Assembly: GCA_016201405.1 (NCBI GenBank)
Contig: JACQCZ010000016.1
Span: 23,798-87,797, forward strand
Origin: Candidatus Acetothermia bacterium
GTDB taxonomy: Bacteria; Bipolaricaulota; Bipolaricaulia; RBG-16-55-9
Reading direction: 5' to 3'
DNA length: 64,000 nucleotides
The stretch's first letter is position 1; the number at the start of each line of letters is the position of its first letter. This document shows positions 40,255 through 48,568 of this stretch, one piece after another. The translations under genes and the position numbers were made by a program. Below the pieces are notes generated by a model. That model was not told where the DNA came from. It worked only from the letters and a program-made list of their open reading frames with translations, and made no database searches.

Positions 40255-40746
40255 ATGAACGAAGAGGTCAAGAGTGCTCTCCATGAATATCTCGAAGGTT
40301 TTTTAAAGACGCTGGGTGAGAGTGCAGAGATCCAGTTCAAGCATGAGAGCCAAGATGAGATCCATGTCAACATGCAGGGCCTTGTGGCGTTAGACGGAAT
40401 CGATCCAAAGCCTCTCAGGTCCCTGAGCTATCTTGCAGAGATCTCATTACGTCGCAAGCTCAATCAAGCTGTGCGAATTCAGCTAGATGCCAATGGTGGC
40501 CAGCAGCGCAGACAGCTCGATTTGCGCCGCATGGCGGAGAGTGCAGCTCAACGAGCGCTTCTAGAGGGCAAGGCCATCACGCTAGACCCCATGGAGACCC
40601 ATGAGCGCAAGATGATTCACGAAGTCTTGAGTCAGATTCCTGGGGTGCGCACGCACAGCGAAGGCCAAGGTGAAGCGCGCCGGGTGATTGTTGAACCAGC
40701 CAGTGGGGTCGAGACTCCGAGTGATCCGCAGACAGGTCAAAGCTGA
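40255..40746 (+). CDS. jag: Jag/KhpB-like RNA-binding protein (Jag_N, KH and R3H domains)
   Basis: The R3H motif is in the C-terminal part (ETHERKMIHEVL). Conserved yidC-jag gene pair. Confidence 0.75.
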   Translation: MNEEVKSALHEYLEGFLKTLGESAEIQFKHESQDEIHVNMQGLVALDGIDPKPLRSLSYLAEISLRRKLNQAVRIQLDANGGQQRRQLDLRRMAESAAQRALLEGKAITLDPMETHERKMIHEVLSQIPGVRTHSEGQGEARRVIVEPASGVETPSDPQTGQS

Positions 40747-40934
40747 TACACTGATACAGTCCCCAATAAATCAGAACAATTTGATGATTCGGCTTATGAT
40801 ACATCGGTGATACATGATAAATAATGATACACGTATCATCTATGTATCAGAGAGTGTATCATAAGAAAAGGCCCATGGAATCAGGAATGTATCACAATAT
40901 CAGTATTAGACGGCGTGTTGGAACAAAACGCTAC

Positions 40935-41996
40935 TCAATTCCAGGGAAGGACAAACTCCCAGTTGGGTCCCCTGAAGTAAGTCCCGATGATGACGAGCGC
41001 CAAGAAGAGGAGCATTGAGAATGTGAAGGCCATCACGGTGATGGGACGGGCACTCAGTCTTCTTCCTGGCAATGTCTTTCGGTCTCGCCTCCAAAACTCC
41101 AAGTAAGGCTCGATATACGGAATAGACATCCAGAAGAAGACGATGATCCCAGGCAGAATGACTCCACCAATCGAGATGGAGTTCAAGAAGCCACCTAGGT
41201 TAGGCGAGATTGCTAGCAGCTCTTGAATGCCCAGGAAATACCATGGAGCCTTCTCAGGATTGGGCGTAAATGTTGGCGTGGCAGCATGCTCTAGAGGTGC
41301 ATCGACCAGCAAGGCATAGACACTCAGCCCCCCCAGCAAGAAGAACAATACAGTGGCCACGACATAGAGATAATAGGGATAGGCCAATATCTCTTCGCGC
41401 TTTTCCATCTCGGCTGGGATGCGGCCCGAGAAGACTTTGATCATCATTTCGACCATGCGCTCGGTAAGGGGATGAGTAGACGGGATCTCACGCACCCGAT
41501 CTTCTTTGAGAAGGAATTCAAGAAGATCACAGAGCACGCGAAAATCAGCAGCGTCTCCACCACCATCGACTAGAATATGAACACGTCGCCGCAGATCTTT
41601 CAATCGCTTAATCGTGATCGCTTGCGAAGAATTGAATCGAACTTCATTCAGATGCTCAGCACAGTAATCAACAATGTCTGCAAGAAGGCCAGGATCAATA
41701 TCCATCGCCTCGGCCACTTCGTAGCCGGGGACTTCAATCTCTAAGTCTTCTGCAACTTTGACTTGACAGGAGAGGCGCCAACTCTTGGCGACTTTGTCTT
41801 TGAGCAGATCCTTCTCGTTGAAGTTGGGATCGCCGCCGCCCTTGAGAATGCGAACGGCACAGGTGGAGCAGGTCCCACGGCCTCCGCAGGTTGCGGGAAG
41901 GCTGCGGTTGTAGCCCTTCTCCTGAATGAATGTAAGGAGGTTTGTCCCTGTGGCAACTTCAAATTCCTCTTGGCCCAGAATTGTTACTTTAGGCAT
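40935..41996 (-). CDS. Fusion: a plant-type [2Fe-2S] ferredoxin domain, an unknown linker, and a cytochrome b C-terminal domain (subunit IV / PetD-like)
   Basis: N-terminus CGGRGTCSTCAV...C gives the 2Fe-2S Cys pattern. The C-terminal 160 aa carry three TM helices with the PEWY-like signature (NPEKAPWYFLGIQELL) of cytochrome b6f subunit IV. Confidence 0.7.
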   Translation of the reverse strand: MPKVTILGQEEFEVATGTNLLTFIQEKGYNRSLPATCGGRGTCSTCAVRILKGGGDPNFNEKDLLKDKVAKSWRLSCQVKVAEDLEIEVPGYEVAEAMDIDPGLLADIVDYCAEHLNEVRFNSSQAITIKRLKDLRRRVHILVDGGGDAADFRVLCDLLEFLLKEDRVREIPSTHPLTERMVEMMIKVFSGRIPAEMEKREEILAYPYYLYVVATVLFFLLGGLSVYALLVDAPLEHAATPTFTPNPEKAPWYFLGIQELLAISPNLGGFLNSISIGGVILPGIIVFFWMSIPYIEPYLEFWRRDRKTLPGRRLSARPITVMAFTFSMLLFLALVIIGTYFRGPNWEFVLPWN

Positions 41997-42918
41997 GTTG
42001 CGTGCTCGCCGATTTTACTCCGCTTAAGAGACTCTTCAATCTCTCGGTAACGGCGGATCCGCCTGGGAAACAGCCATCGGGTGAGGCTTTGCCTTGGGCA
42101 ACAGCCTGAGCAAACTGGTCGCAGGTCATCAAGCCACAGGCTTCGCAATCAAATCCAGGAAGCTGCACCCGAAGCTCTTTTGCAAGGGGTGTCATCTCAT
42201 GGCGACTAAAGACCGGCCAGAGGAGCATGAGCGGTTTATAGAGTCGAATGAGCATATCATTCTCGACCGGCATCTGACAGGCAATCACCCAGCCTTCATT
42301 CTTCTGACGGGGCGTCAAGACAGGGCCATAATTCTTATCGTCGAGATCCTGATTCTTTTGCAATACGCGCACTCGGCACGACGCGCATTCTCCTTGCGCA
42401 CTGCATTGGGTGAGGAGCTTGTAGCCGGCAGACTCCAGACCACGAATCAGCATCTCGCCCTGCTTGAGCGAGACAACATCTCCAGTATTTTCAATCTCCA
42501 CGAAACAGCGAGGTTGATGAACTTCGCGAGATTTCTTGAGTGTGTGCAGCAAAGTGAGCACCGATCCACCAATAAGCACCGGAACGAGCAGAGCAGAAAA
42601 TGTGGCAATCTCTGAGCTGTAAATTAAATATGCGATTAGACTCACAAGAAGCACAATTAACAGGACTTGAGCCCACGTGGGGGGGTCAGTCGTTTTGAAT
42701 TTCTCGAATAGAGCTTCAACGGCTAGAGCCACCAACTGGCATACAATCAGACCAACAGCAGCCGACTCGATGATTTGAACTAGACCTAGCTCAAACTGGC
42801 GGATCGTAAAGAAAACGATCAAAAATCCAAGAGTTCCAATGGCAATGGTCATCCAGCGCCATACCCACTTTTGCCCTTCCCATTCAGCTCTCACAAGTTG
42901 GACAGTCTTGGCACTCAT
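41989..42918 (-). CDS. RnfB-like electron-transfer subunit: a membrane anchor, a 2Fe-2S ferredoxin-like domain, and a PF04060-type Fe-S domain (no poly-ferredoxin)
   Basis: Two or three N-terminal TM helices. CSAQGECASCRV...C pattern. The C-terminal segment LPGFDCEACGLMTCDQFAQAV...SPDGCFPGG matches the RnfB/CdhE 'FeS' domain consensus. Confidence 0.6.
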   Translation of the reverse strand: MSAKTVQLVRAEWEGQKWVWRWMTIAIGTLGFLIVFFTIRQFELGLVQIIESAAVGLIVCQLVALAVEALFEKFKTTDPPTWAQVLLIVLLVSLIAYLIYSSEIATFSALLVPVLIGGSVLTLLHTLKKSREVHQPRCFVEIENTGDVVSLKQGEMLIRGLESAGYKLLTQCSAQGECASCRVRVLQKNQDLDDKNYGPVLTPRQKNEGWVIACQMPVENDMLIRLYKPLMLLWPVFSRHEMTPLAKELRVQLPGFDCEACGLMTCDQFAQAVAQGKASPDGCFPGGSAVTERLKSLLSGVKSASTQHA

Positions 42919-43955
42919 CGCGCTCGTCCATAGCTTCTCGGAGTGGTCAAGCGATTGAGCAGTGGAACAGAGGCGTTAGCGAGCAAGACAGAGAATGTGA
43001 CCCCTTCGTTGTCTCCAGCAACCGCCCGCAGCCCAAGCACCAAGAGGCCGATCAGAACTCCATAAATCAATTTTCCATGGAGAGTCATGGGACTGGTCAC
43101 AGGATCAGAGGCGATCAAGAATGCAGTAAATAGTAGGCTTCCTCCTAGAAGATGCAGGAGAGGTCCACCAATGAATACCGTAGGAAAGAGCATCTCCAGA
43201 AAAGCTTCACCAATCCCAACTGTGGCTAGGATCATGATCGAGACGCGCCAGTTTACAGTTCGCGTGAAGAGCATCCAGAAGCCTGCGAACAACATCAAAA
43301 TTCCAGACGTTGCTCCGATCGCACCTGGGACATTCCCGAGCAGAAGTTGTCCCGCGTCGTATGGAGAGCCAACTTGCATGACTATACTTAGTGGAGTTGT
43401 AGCCACCACTTGCGCATCTGGTGGTGCCCATACCGCAAAACCGCCCGGCCAACTTGAGAAGGGGACTGCCCAGTGCGTAGTCATCAATACCGGGAAAATC
43501 ACAATGAGCAAGGCTTTCCCAACCAAGACTGGGTTGAATAGATAAAATCCCAAGCCACCCAAAAGCTGTCGTGAGAGCGCCGCCAGCCCTGCACCAATCG
43601 CAACTATCCACAAGGGTAAGTTCGGAGGAAGTAAGAGGCTGAACAGGACGGCAATTACCAACAATCCGCTAACACGGCCACTGCCACGCAGCACTGAAAA
43701 GATCAACTCAATCACTCCCACAACAACCAGTGCCACCAGTATCACGGCCAGCACATGCAATCCAAAAAAGAAGATGCCACCCAGCACGGCTGGAGCGGCT
43801 GCAATGAGCGGCATCGTGAAAAAGCGCTGGACGTTTACGCCATCGCGAAGATAAGGCGGCCCCGAGACCGAGCGATCGCTGCCTCCGTAGAGCACTTCGT
43901 TTACGGCAGTAGCAACAACAGAGAAGTTGGACGAGCTCTTTGCAGACTGGCTCAT
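42915..43955 (-). CDS. rnfD: RnfD/NqrB-family membrane subunit
   Basis: About 10 TM helices and the conserved FMN-region motif SDPVTSP. Possible flavinylation-type G-A-T-S segment. Confidence 0.8.
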   Translation of the reverse strand: MSQSAKSSSNFSVVATAVNEVLYGGSDRSVSGPPYLRDGVNVQRFFTMPLIAAAPAVLGGIFFFGLHVLAVILVALVVVGVIELIFSVLRGSGRVSGLLVIAVLFSLLLPPNLPLWIVAIGAGLAALSRQLLGGLGFYLFNPVLVGKALLIVIFPVLMTTHWAVPFSSWPGGFAVWAPPDAQVVATTPLSIVMQVGSPYDAGQLLLGNVPGAIGATSGILMLFAGFWMLFTRTVNWRVSIMILATVGIGEAFLEMLFPTVFIGGPLLHLLGGSLLFTAFLIASDPVTSPMTLHGKLIYGVLIGLLVLGLRAVAGDNEGVTFSVLLANASVPLLNRLTTPRSYGRAR

Positions 43956-45373
43956 TCTTGCAACCTCTCCTCACGCAGCTCGTGCTTGCCCTTTTGAATC
44001 TGTTCGAGAACTGGAATCTTTGAAGGGCAGACATAGCTGCATAGCCCGCAGTCAATGCAGGCAAAAATATCAAGCTCTTGAGCTCGCTCCATCTGACCTT
44101 GATCCGCAGCCTGTGCAATCCAGATCGGGAAGAGATTCTGAGGGCAGACATCGACGCAATACCCACATTGGATACAGGAGCTCTCTGGACCATTCAATCC
44201 CGTCGTCGCTTTGCGTGCTCTCCCAAGAATCGGTGGAATGATGCGTGCATATGAATCCAAACCAAATCCTGGCATCAACCCACCCAGCAGGCGCTTTTTC
44301 GGTCTCTTAAGTGCAAGCAATGCAGTGGAATCTCGTAGAATGGGAGTTGTCTCATCAACGGCAGTCCCCCGCATCGGTCCGCCCAGAATGATTGCAGACT
44401 GGGCTTGATGCCCAAATATGTGGAGTAATTCTCCAGCGGGAGTTCCAATGCGGACCCGGGCATTGACTGGCCTGTCAACTGCAGAGCCTCCGATCGAGAT
44501 GAGCGCTTCTACAAGAGGCTTTCCTTCAATGGCCGCGTCGTACGCGGCAATCACCTGTGGGGTGCTCACCACCACGACACCAATCGCTGTTGAGAGCTGC
44601 CCCGATGGAACTTCCAAATTGAGCAGTGATTTGATCAGAACTTCATCTTCGCCCTGCGGATATTTAGGCAAGAGCGGATGCAAGAAGAGCCAGTCATGAT
44701 ATTCAAGGCGATTGGCAATCTCTTCTAGAATTTGAGGCTGATCATAGCCAATCCCAACATGAACTTCGATATTTCCAAGAGCAGCTTTCAGAACTTTGAT
44801 TCCTGAGACAAATTTCTCAAATTCCTCATAAAGAAGAGTCTTCGACACTTCCAGATAGGGCTCTGTCTCGACAGCATTGATGAGCAGATATTTGATCTTG
44901 TCTGGTTCAACAGTTGACGAATGCAGAGTCGTTGGAAGACCTGACTTCCCCAGCGCAGTAACGCCGGCTTCGTAGAGAACCCGCCCCAATTCCGCTCCGC
45001 CCCAGCGCTCGAAGTTCCCGGGGAGCAATCTCAATCTCTGCCATTCATCTGCTCCACTGCCCTCGATTGCAACTACAAGGGTCGGCTTGCCATCTATAGG
45101 ATGTTTCTCTTCCCGAATTGATGTGACCCGCCCCGTGATAGACGAAAGAATGGGAGTCGAGATCTTTTCATCAGAGCGTGCAATAATTTGTCCCGTCTTG
45201 ACGGAATCTCCAACAGATACAAGCAGCGCGGCCTCATCACCAAAGCCTTGGCGCAATGGAATGATAACTCGCTTGGGAAGCGGAGCATCAACAACTGAGC
45301 CTGAAGGGGTTCCTTCAAACGTCTTGAAATAATGGCCCCCCTTGAAGGTCTTGAGTGTGCCGATGATGGCCAC
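43952..45373 (-). CDS. rnfC: RnfC-family subunit (NADH-binding, two 4Fe-4S clusters). GTG start.
   Basis: RnfC N-domain (GGHY..., ...VSVGDSVKTGQIIA). Two ferredoxin-type motifs: CIQCGYCVDVCP and CIDCGLCSYVCP. The start codon GTG at 45371-45373 overlaps the upstream TAG by 1 nt. Confidence 0.85.
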   Translation of the reverse strand: MAIIGTLKTFKGGHYFKTFEGTPSGSVVDAPLPKRVIIPLRQGFGDEAALLVSVGDSVKTGQIIARSDEKISTPILSSITGRVTSIREEKHPIDGKPTLVVAIEGSGADEWQRLRLLPGNFERWGGAELGRVLYEAGVTALGKSGLPTTLHSSTVEPDKIKYLLINAVETEPYLEVSKTLLYEEFEKFVSGIKVLKAALGNIEVHVGIGYDQPQILEEIANRLEYHDWLFLHPLLPKYPQGEDEVLIKSLLNLEVPSGQLSTAIGVVVVSTPQVIAAYDAAIEGKPLVEALISIGGSAVDRPVNARVRIGTPAGELLHIFGHQAQSAIILGGPMRGTAVDETTPILRDSTALLALKRPKKRLLGGLMPGFGLDSYARIIPPILGRARKATTGLNGPESSCIQCGYCVDVCPQNLFPIWIAQAADQGQMERAQELDIFACIDCGLCSYVCPSKIPVLEQIQKGKHELREERLQE

Positions 45374-46149
45374 TAGGCTGCCTCCTCAGGTGGGGTGGAG
45401 TATTCATCTTTGCGAATTCTCCAGAAGTGTACGGCGATCAAAAGCACAATCAGCGTTGGCAACAGAAATACATGAATCACATACCAGCGAATGAGTGAGA
45501 ACTGATCCAGGTTGTTGCAGTTATCAACACCCAGAAGCCCTTGCCGCACCTGGTTGCCTATAAACGGGGCACTGTTGGCGATGTTGCAAGCGATCTTCGC
45601 AGCATAATATCCCAACTGATCCCATGGCAAAATATAGCCTGAGAATGCAAACATAATGGTGATGAGCAGAAGCAAAATTCCAATGATCCAGTTGAATTCT
45701 CGCGGTCTCTGATAGGCTCCCTTAAAAAACACAACAATCATGTGCATAAAGACGGCAAGCACCATCAGCTCACCCGCCCACTTATGAAGATTGCGGAAAT
45801 ATCGCCCCAAGTCTACCTGGTTGACGATATAGCGGATCGTGTCAAAAGCACGCTCTACAGAAGGGACATAGTAAAACATTAAGAAAATCCCCGAGATCAC
45901 TAAGATCACAAAGAGCCAGAATGTGATAACCCCCATCCAGAACCAGCTATAGGTAAGACGCATCGAGCTCTTATTGATCGTGGCTGGGAGAATATGCACA
46001 AAGAAATTTTTCCGGTTCATCGCCAGAAAGTCGCTCTCAGTTTGTGGCAAATGCTCACGGCGGAAGATGGAGGTCCAGAGCTTAGTCCGGCGCAACTGCT
46101 GCATCACTAAAACAAACTTATCGATCAGGCTGAAAAATATTGTATCCAC
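45373..46149 (-). CDS. Cytochrome b6-type (N-terminal four-helix, di-haem) subunit of a split Rieske/cyt b complex
   Basis: Haem-ligand helices RYFRNLHKWAGELMVLAVFMHMIVVFFKGAY...PREFNW and IRWYVIHVFLLPTLIVLLIAVHFWRIRK. The true start may be an internal Met. Confidence 0.8.
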   Translation of the reverse strand: MDTIFFSLIDKFVLVMQQLRRTKLWTSIFRREHLPQTESDFLAMNRKNFFVHILPATINKSSMRLTYSWFWMGVITFWLFVILVISGIFLMFYYVPSVERAFDTIRYIVNQVDLGRYFRNLHKWAGELMVLAVFMHMIVVFFKGAYQRPREFNWIIGILLLLITIMFAFSGYILPWDQLGYYAAKIACNIANSAPFIGNQVRQGLLGVDNCNNLDQFSLIRWYVIHVFLLPTLIVLLIAVHFWRIRKDEYSTPPEEAA

Positions 46150-46156
46150 AGTTCAA

Positions 46157-46789
46157 TTATCCCTGGCAGGGCTTGCAGTCCTTGCCCTCCGGCAAAACTC
46201 CCTTCACCATTTGACCCTGCTCCGGGTCAAAATATAGATCATGCCCCACCCCTACTCCTGCTAAACGACTCAACTCATCCGTCGCAGTTGTTTTGCCTTT
46301 GTCCACGATCAGACGCCCATCAGCAGAGAGACTGATCTCATAGAATGGCAAAGGTTTGGGAGCTGGCCCTCCGATGCGCTGTCCATTGCGTGCGAATACA
46401 CTTCCATGACAGGGGCACTGCGCGTGAACCACCGGGTAATCTGGGCTGGGTGGTCCAAACGGCTTGTATGAGCAGCCAAGGTGAGTGCAGATGGCCGAGA
46501 CCGCCTGAAATCCCTCTTGACTGCGAAAGATATAGACCTGGTATGTATCCAAGAGCTTCATGTCGCCAACCTGATAATCACTCGGTGGCCCTATGCTAAA
46601 GCTGGTCTTAGGCTCAAAGTTAAGCTTGGGCAAGATGAACGCAACTACGCTGGTAAACACACCACCCATCGTCAAAAGGAATGCGGTCAATCCAATACGG
46701 GTAAGAAATTTTCGGCGGGTGAATTGCTGCGCTGTCGGGGACTCTTCAAATCCAGATTGCTCGGTTATTTTTGGCTTTCTCTTGAACAT
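46157..46789 (-). CDS. Rieske [2Fe-2S] iron-sulfur protein with Tat signal
   Basis: Twin-arginine motif RRKFLTRIGL plus a TM anchor. Rieske boxes CTHLGC and CPCHGS. Confidence 0.85.
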   Translation of the reverse strand: MFKRKPKITEQSGFEESPTAQQFTRRKFLTRIGLTAFLLTMGGVFTSVVAFILPKLNFEPKTSFSIGPPSDYQVGDMKLLDTYQVYIFRSQEGFQAVSAICTHLGCSYKPFGPPSPDYPVVHAQCPCHGSVFARNGQRIGGPAPKPLPFYEISLSADGRLIVDKGKTTATDELSRLAGVGVGHDLYFDPEQGQMVKGVLPEGKDCKPCQG

Positions 46790-47087
46790 AATCGTTTTAG
46801 ATCCTCAGCATCGTATCCCCCCAAATTCAGCGTTTGTATGATCCTGATCATTCAAAGCAGTCACACAATCTTGCGAAAAATCGAGAATTTGAGGGGTTCA
46901 GACCGCATTATAGTGATTGATCCGTGAGGAGTCAATCGAAGGTTTATGTGTCATAAGATGGGAAAGAAAACCAGCATCGGCAGCCGATCATGGCTCGGAA
47001 TCGAAGAACCGATCTATCGTGGTCAGGCATCTTTTGTATAATAATGACCAACAAAATTTCGGAAATGAAAATGTCAAGAAGGAGCTT

Positions 47088-48566
47088 ATGAAATATAAGA
47101 ATTGGATTGGCGGCAATTGGGTCGATGCCAAGAGCGGCAGGACCTTTCAGTCCATAAGCCCGGCGGACAACTCTGATATTCTCGGTGAATTTCCCTTCTC
47201 TGAAAAGCAGGATGTCAATGCTGCTGTCGAAGCTGCTGATAAGGCCTTCCATGATTGGAGTCACATTCCATCTCCACGGAGAGGTGAGCTTCTTTTCGCA
47301 GTCGGCGAATTACTCAAAGGGCGCAAAGAAGAGCTGGCAAAGATTATGACGCGTGAGATGGGCAAGGTCTTAAATGAAGCCAGAGGGGACGTCCAAGAGG
47401 CCATCGACATGGCCTACTATGTCGGGGGTGAAGGTCGGCGCCTTCTTGGGTACGTCACTCCCTCTGAGCTGCCCAATAAGACTTGTTATGCCATCCGACG
47501 CCCAGTTGGACGAGTAGCACTCATCACTCCCTGGAACTTTCCAATTGCTGTACCGAGCTGGAAGATCTTCCCAGCCCTCATTGCCGGCAACACAATCGTC
47601 TGGAAGCCTGCCCAAGATACCCCACGAATTGCCTATGAATTCTCAAGAGTCTTTGAAGAGGCTGGAATTCCAAAAGGCGTCTTCAATTTGCTATTTGGTT
47701 TTGGGAGAGAAGCAGGTCAAGCTCTTGTAGAACATGCCAAGATCGACATGATCTCATTTACAGGATCTGTGGATGTCGGACGCCATATCTATGAGATGGG
47801 AGCAAAGAAGATCAATCATGTCCATCTGGAGCTGGGTGGAAAGAACCCCATATTAGTCATGGAAGATGCTGGTCTGGAATTGGCGGCCGATGCGATCCTC
47901 TGGAGCGCATTCGGAACGACTGGGCAGCGCTGCACGGCCTGCTCTCGACTGATTGTGGTCGAGTCTGTTCATGATCCGTTAATCGCAATCTTGGTCAAAA
48001 AGGCCAAGAAGCTGAAACTGGGCAATGGCCTAAACGCAGATGTCGAGATAGGACCAGTCATCAACAAGACCCAACTCAAGAGCATTCATGACTATGTTGA
48101 GTTGGGCATAAAAGAAGGAGCCAAGCTGGAGATCGGTGGCAAGATCGCTACAGAAGGCGATCTTGCCAAAGGGACATTCTATATGCCGACAATCTTCACA
48201 GGTGTGACTCCAGAAATGAGAATATTCCAAGAAGAGATTTTTGGGCCTGTTCTGACTGTTAGCAAAGCAAAAGGTTATGAACATGCTATCGAGCTGGCCA
48301 ACGACACCCAGTTCGGATTATCCTCTGCAATCTTCACTCGGAATGTCTACACCGCCCAACGCGCTATTGATGATCTGGAAGCAGGAATCACGTATATCAA
48401 TTATGGCACGACCGGTGCAGAAGTTCACTTGCCCTTTGGTGGAGTGAAGAATACCGGGAATGGTGGACGCGAGGCCGGTCAGGCTGCTATTGAGCAATAT
48501 TCAGAGTGGAAGACTGTCTATATTGATTACTCTGGCCATCTACAGAAAGCCCAAGGAATTGATTGA
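47088..48566 (+). CDS. NAD(P)-dependent aldehyde dehydrogenase
   Basis: ALDH signatures: catalytic Cys region [14 protein letters not shown] and the Glu motif LELGGKNP. Start moved to the ATG at 47088, preceded by AAGGAG. Confidence 0.9.
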   Translation: MKYKNWIGGNWVDAKSGRTFQSISPADNSDILGEFPFSEKQDVNAAVEAADKAFHDWSHIPSPRRGELLFAVGELLKGRKEELAKIMTREMGKVLNEARGDVQEAIDMAYYVGGEGRRLLGYVTPSELPNKTCYAIRRPVGRVALITPWNFPIAVPSWKIFPALIAGNTIVWKPAQDTPRIAYEFSRVFEEAGIPKGVFNLLFGFGREAGQALVEHAKIDMISFTGSVDVGRHIYEMGAKKINHVHLELGGKNPILVMEDAGLELAADAILWSAFGTTGQRCTACSRLIVVESVHDPLIAILVKKAKKLKLGNGLNADVEIGPVINKTQLKSIHDYVELGIKEGAKLEIGGKIATEGDLAKGTFYMPTIFTGVTPEMRIFQEEIFGPVLTVSKAKGYEHAIELANDTQFGLSSAIFTRNVYTAQRAIDDLEAGITYINYGTTGAEVHLPFGGVKNTGNGGREAGQAAIEQYSEWKTVYIDYSGHLQKAQGID

Positions 48567-48568
48567 GG

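Noticed and set aside
46917-47087. Long N-terminal extension of the aldehyde dehydrogenase ORF
   Set aside because: The ATG at 47088 is preceded by AAGGAG at optimal spacing, and the ALDH homology starts there. The extension would invade the divergent promoter region.
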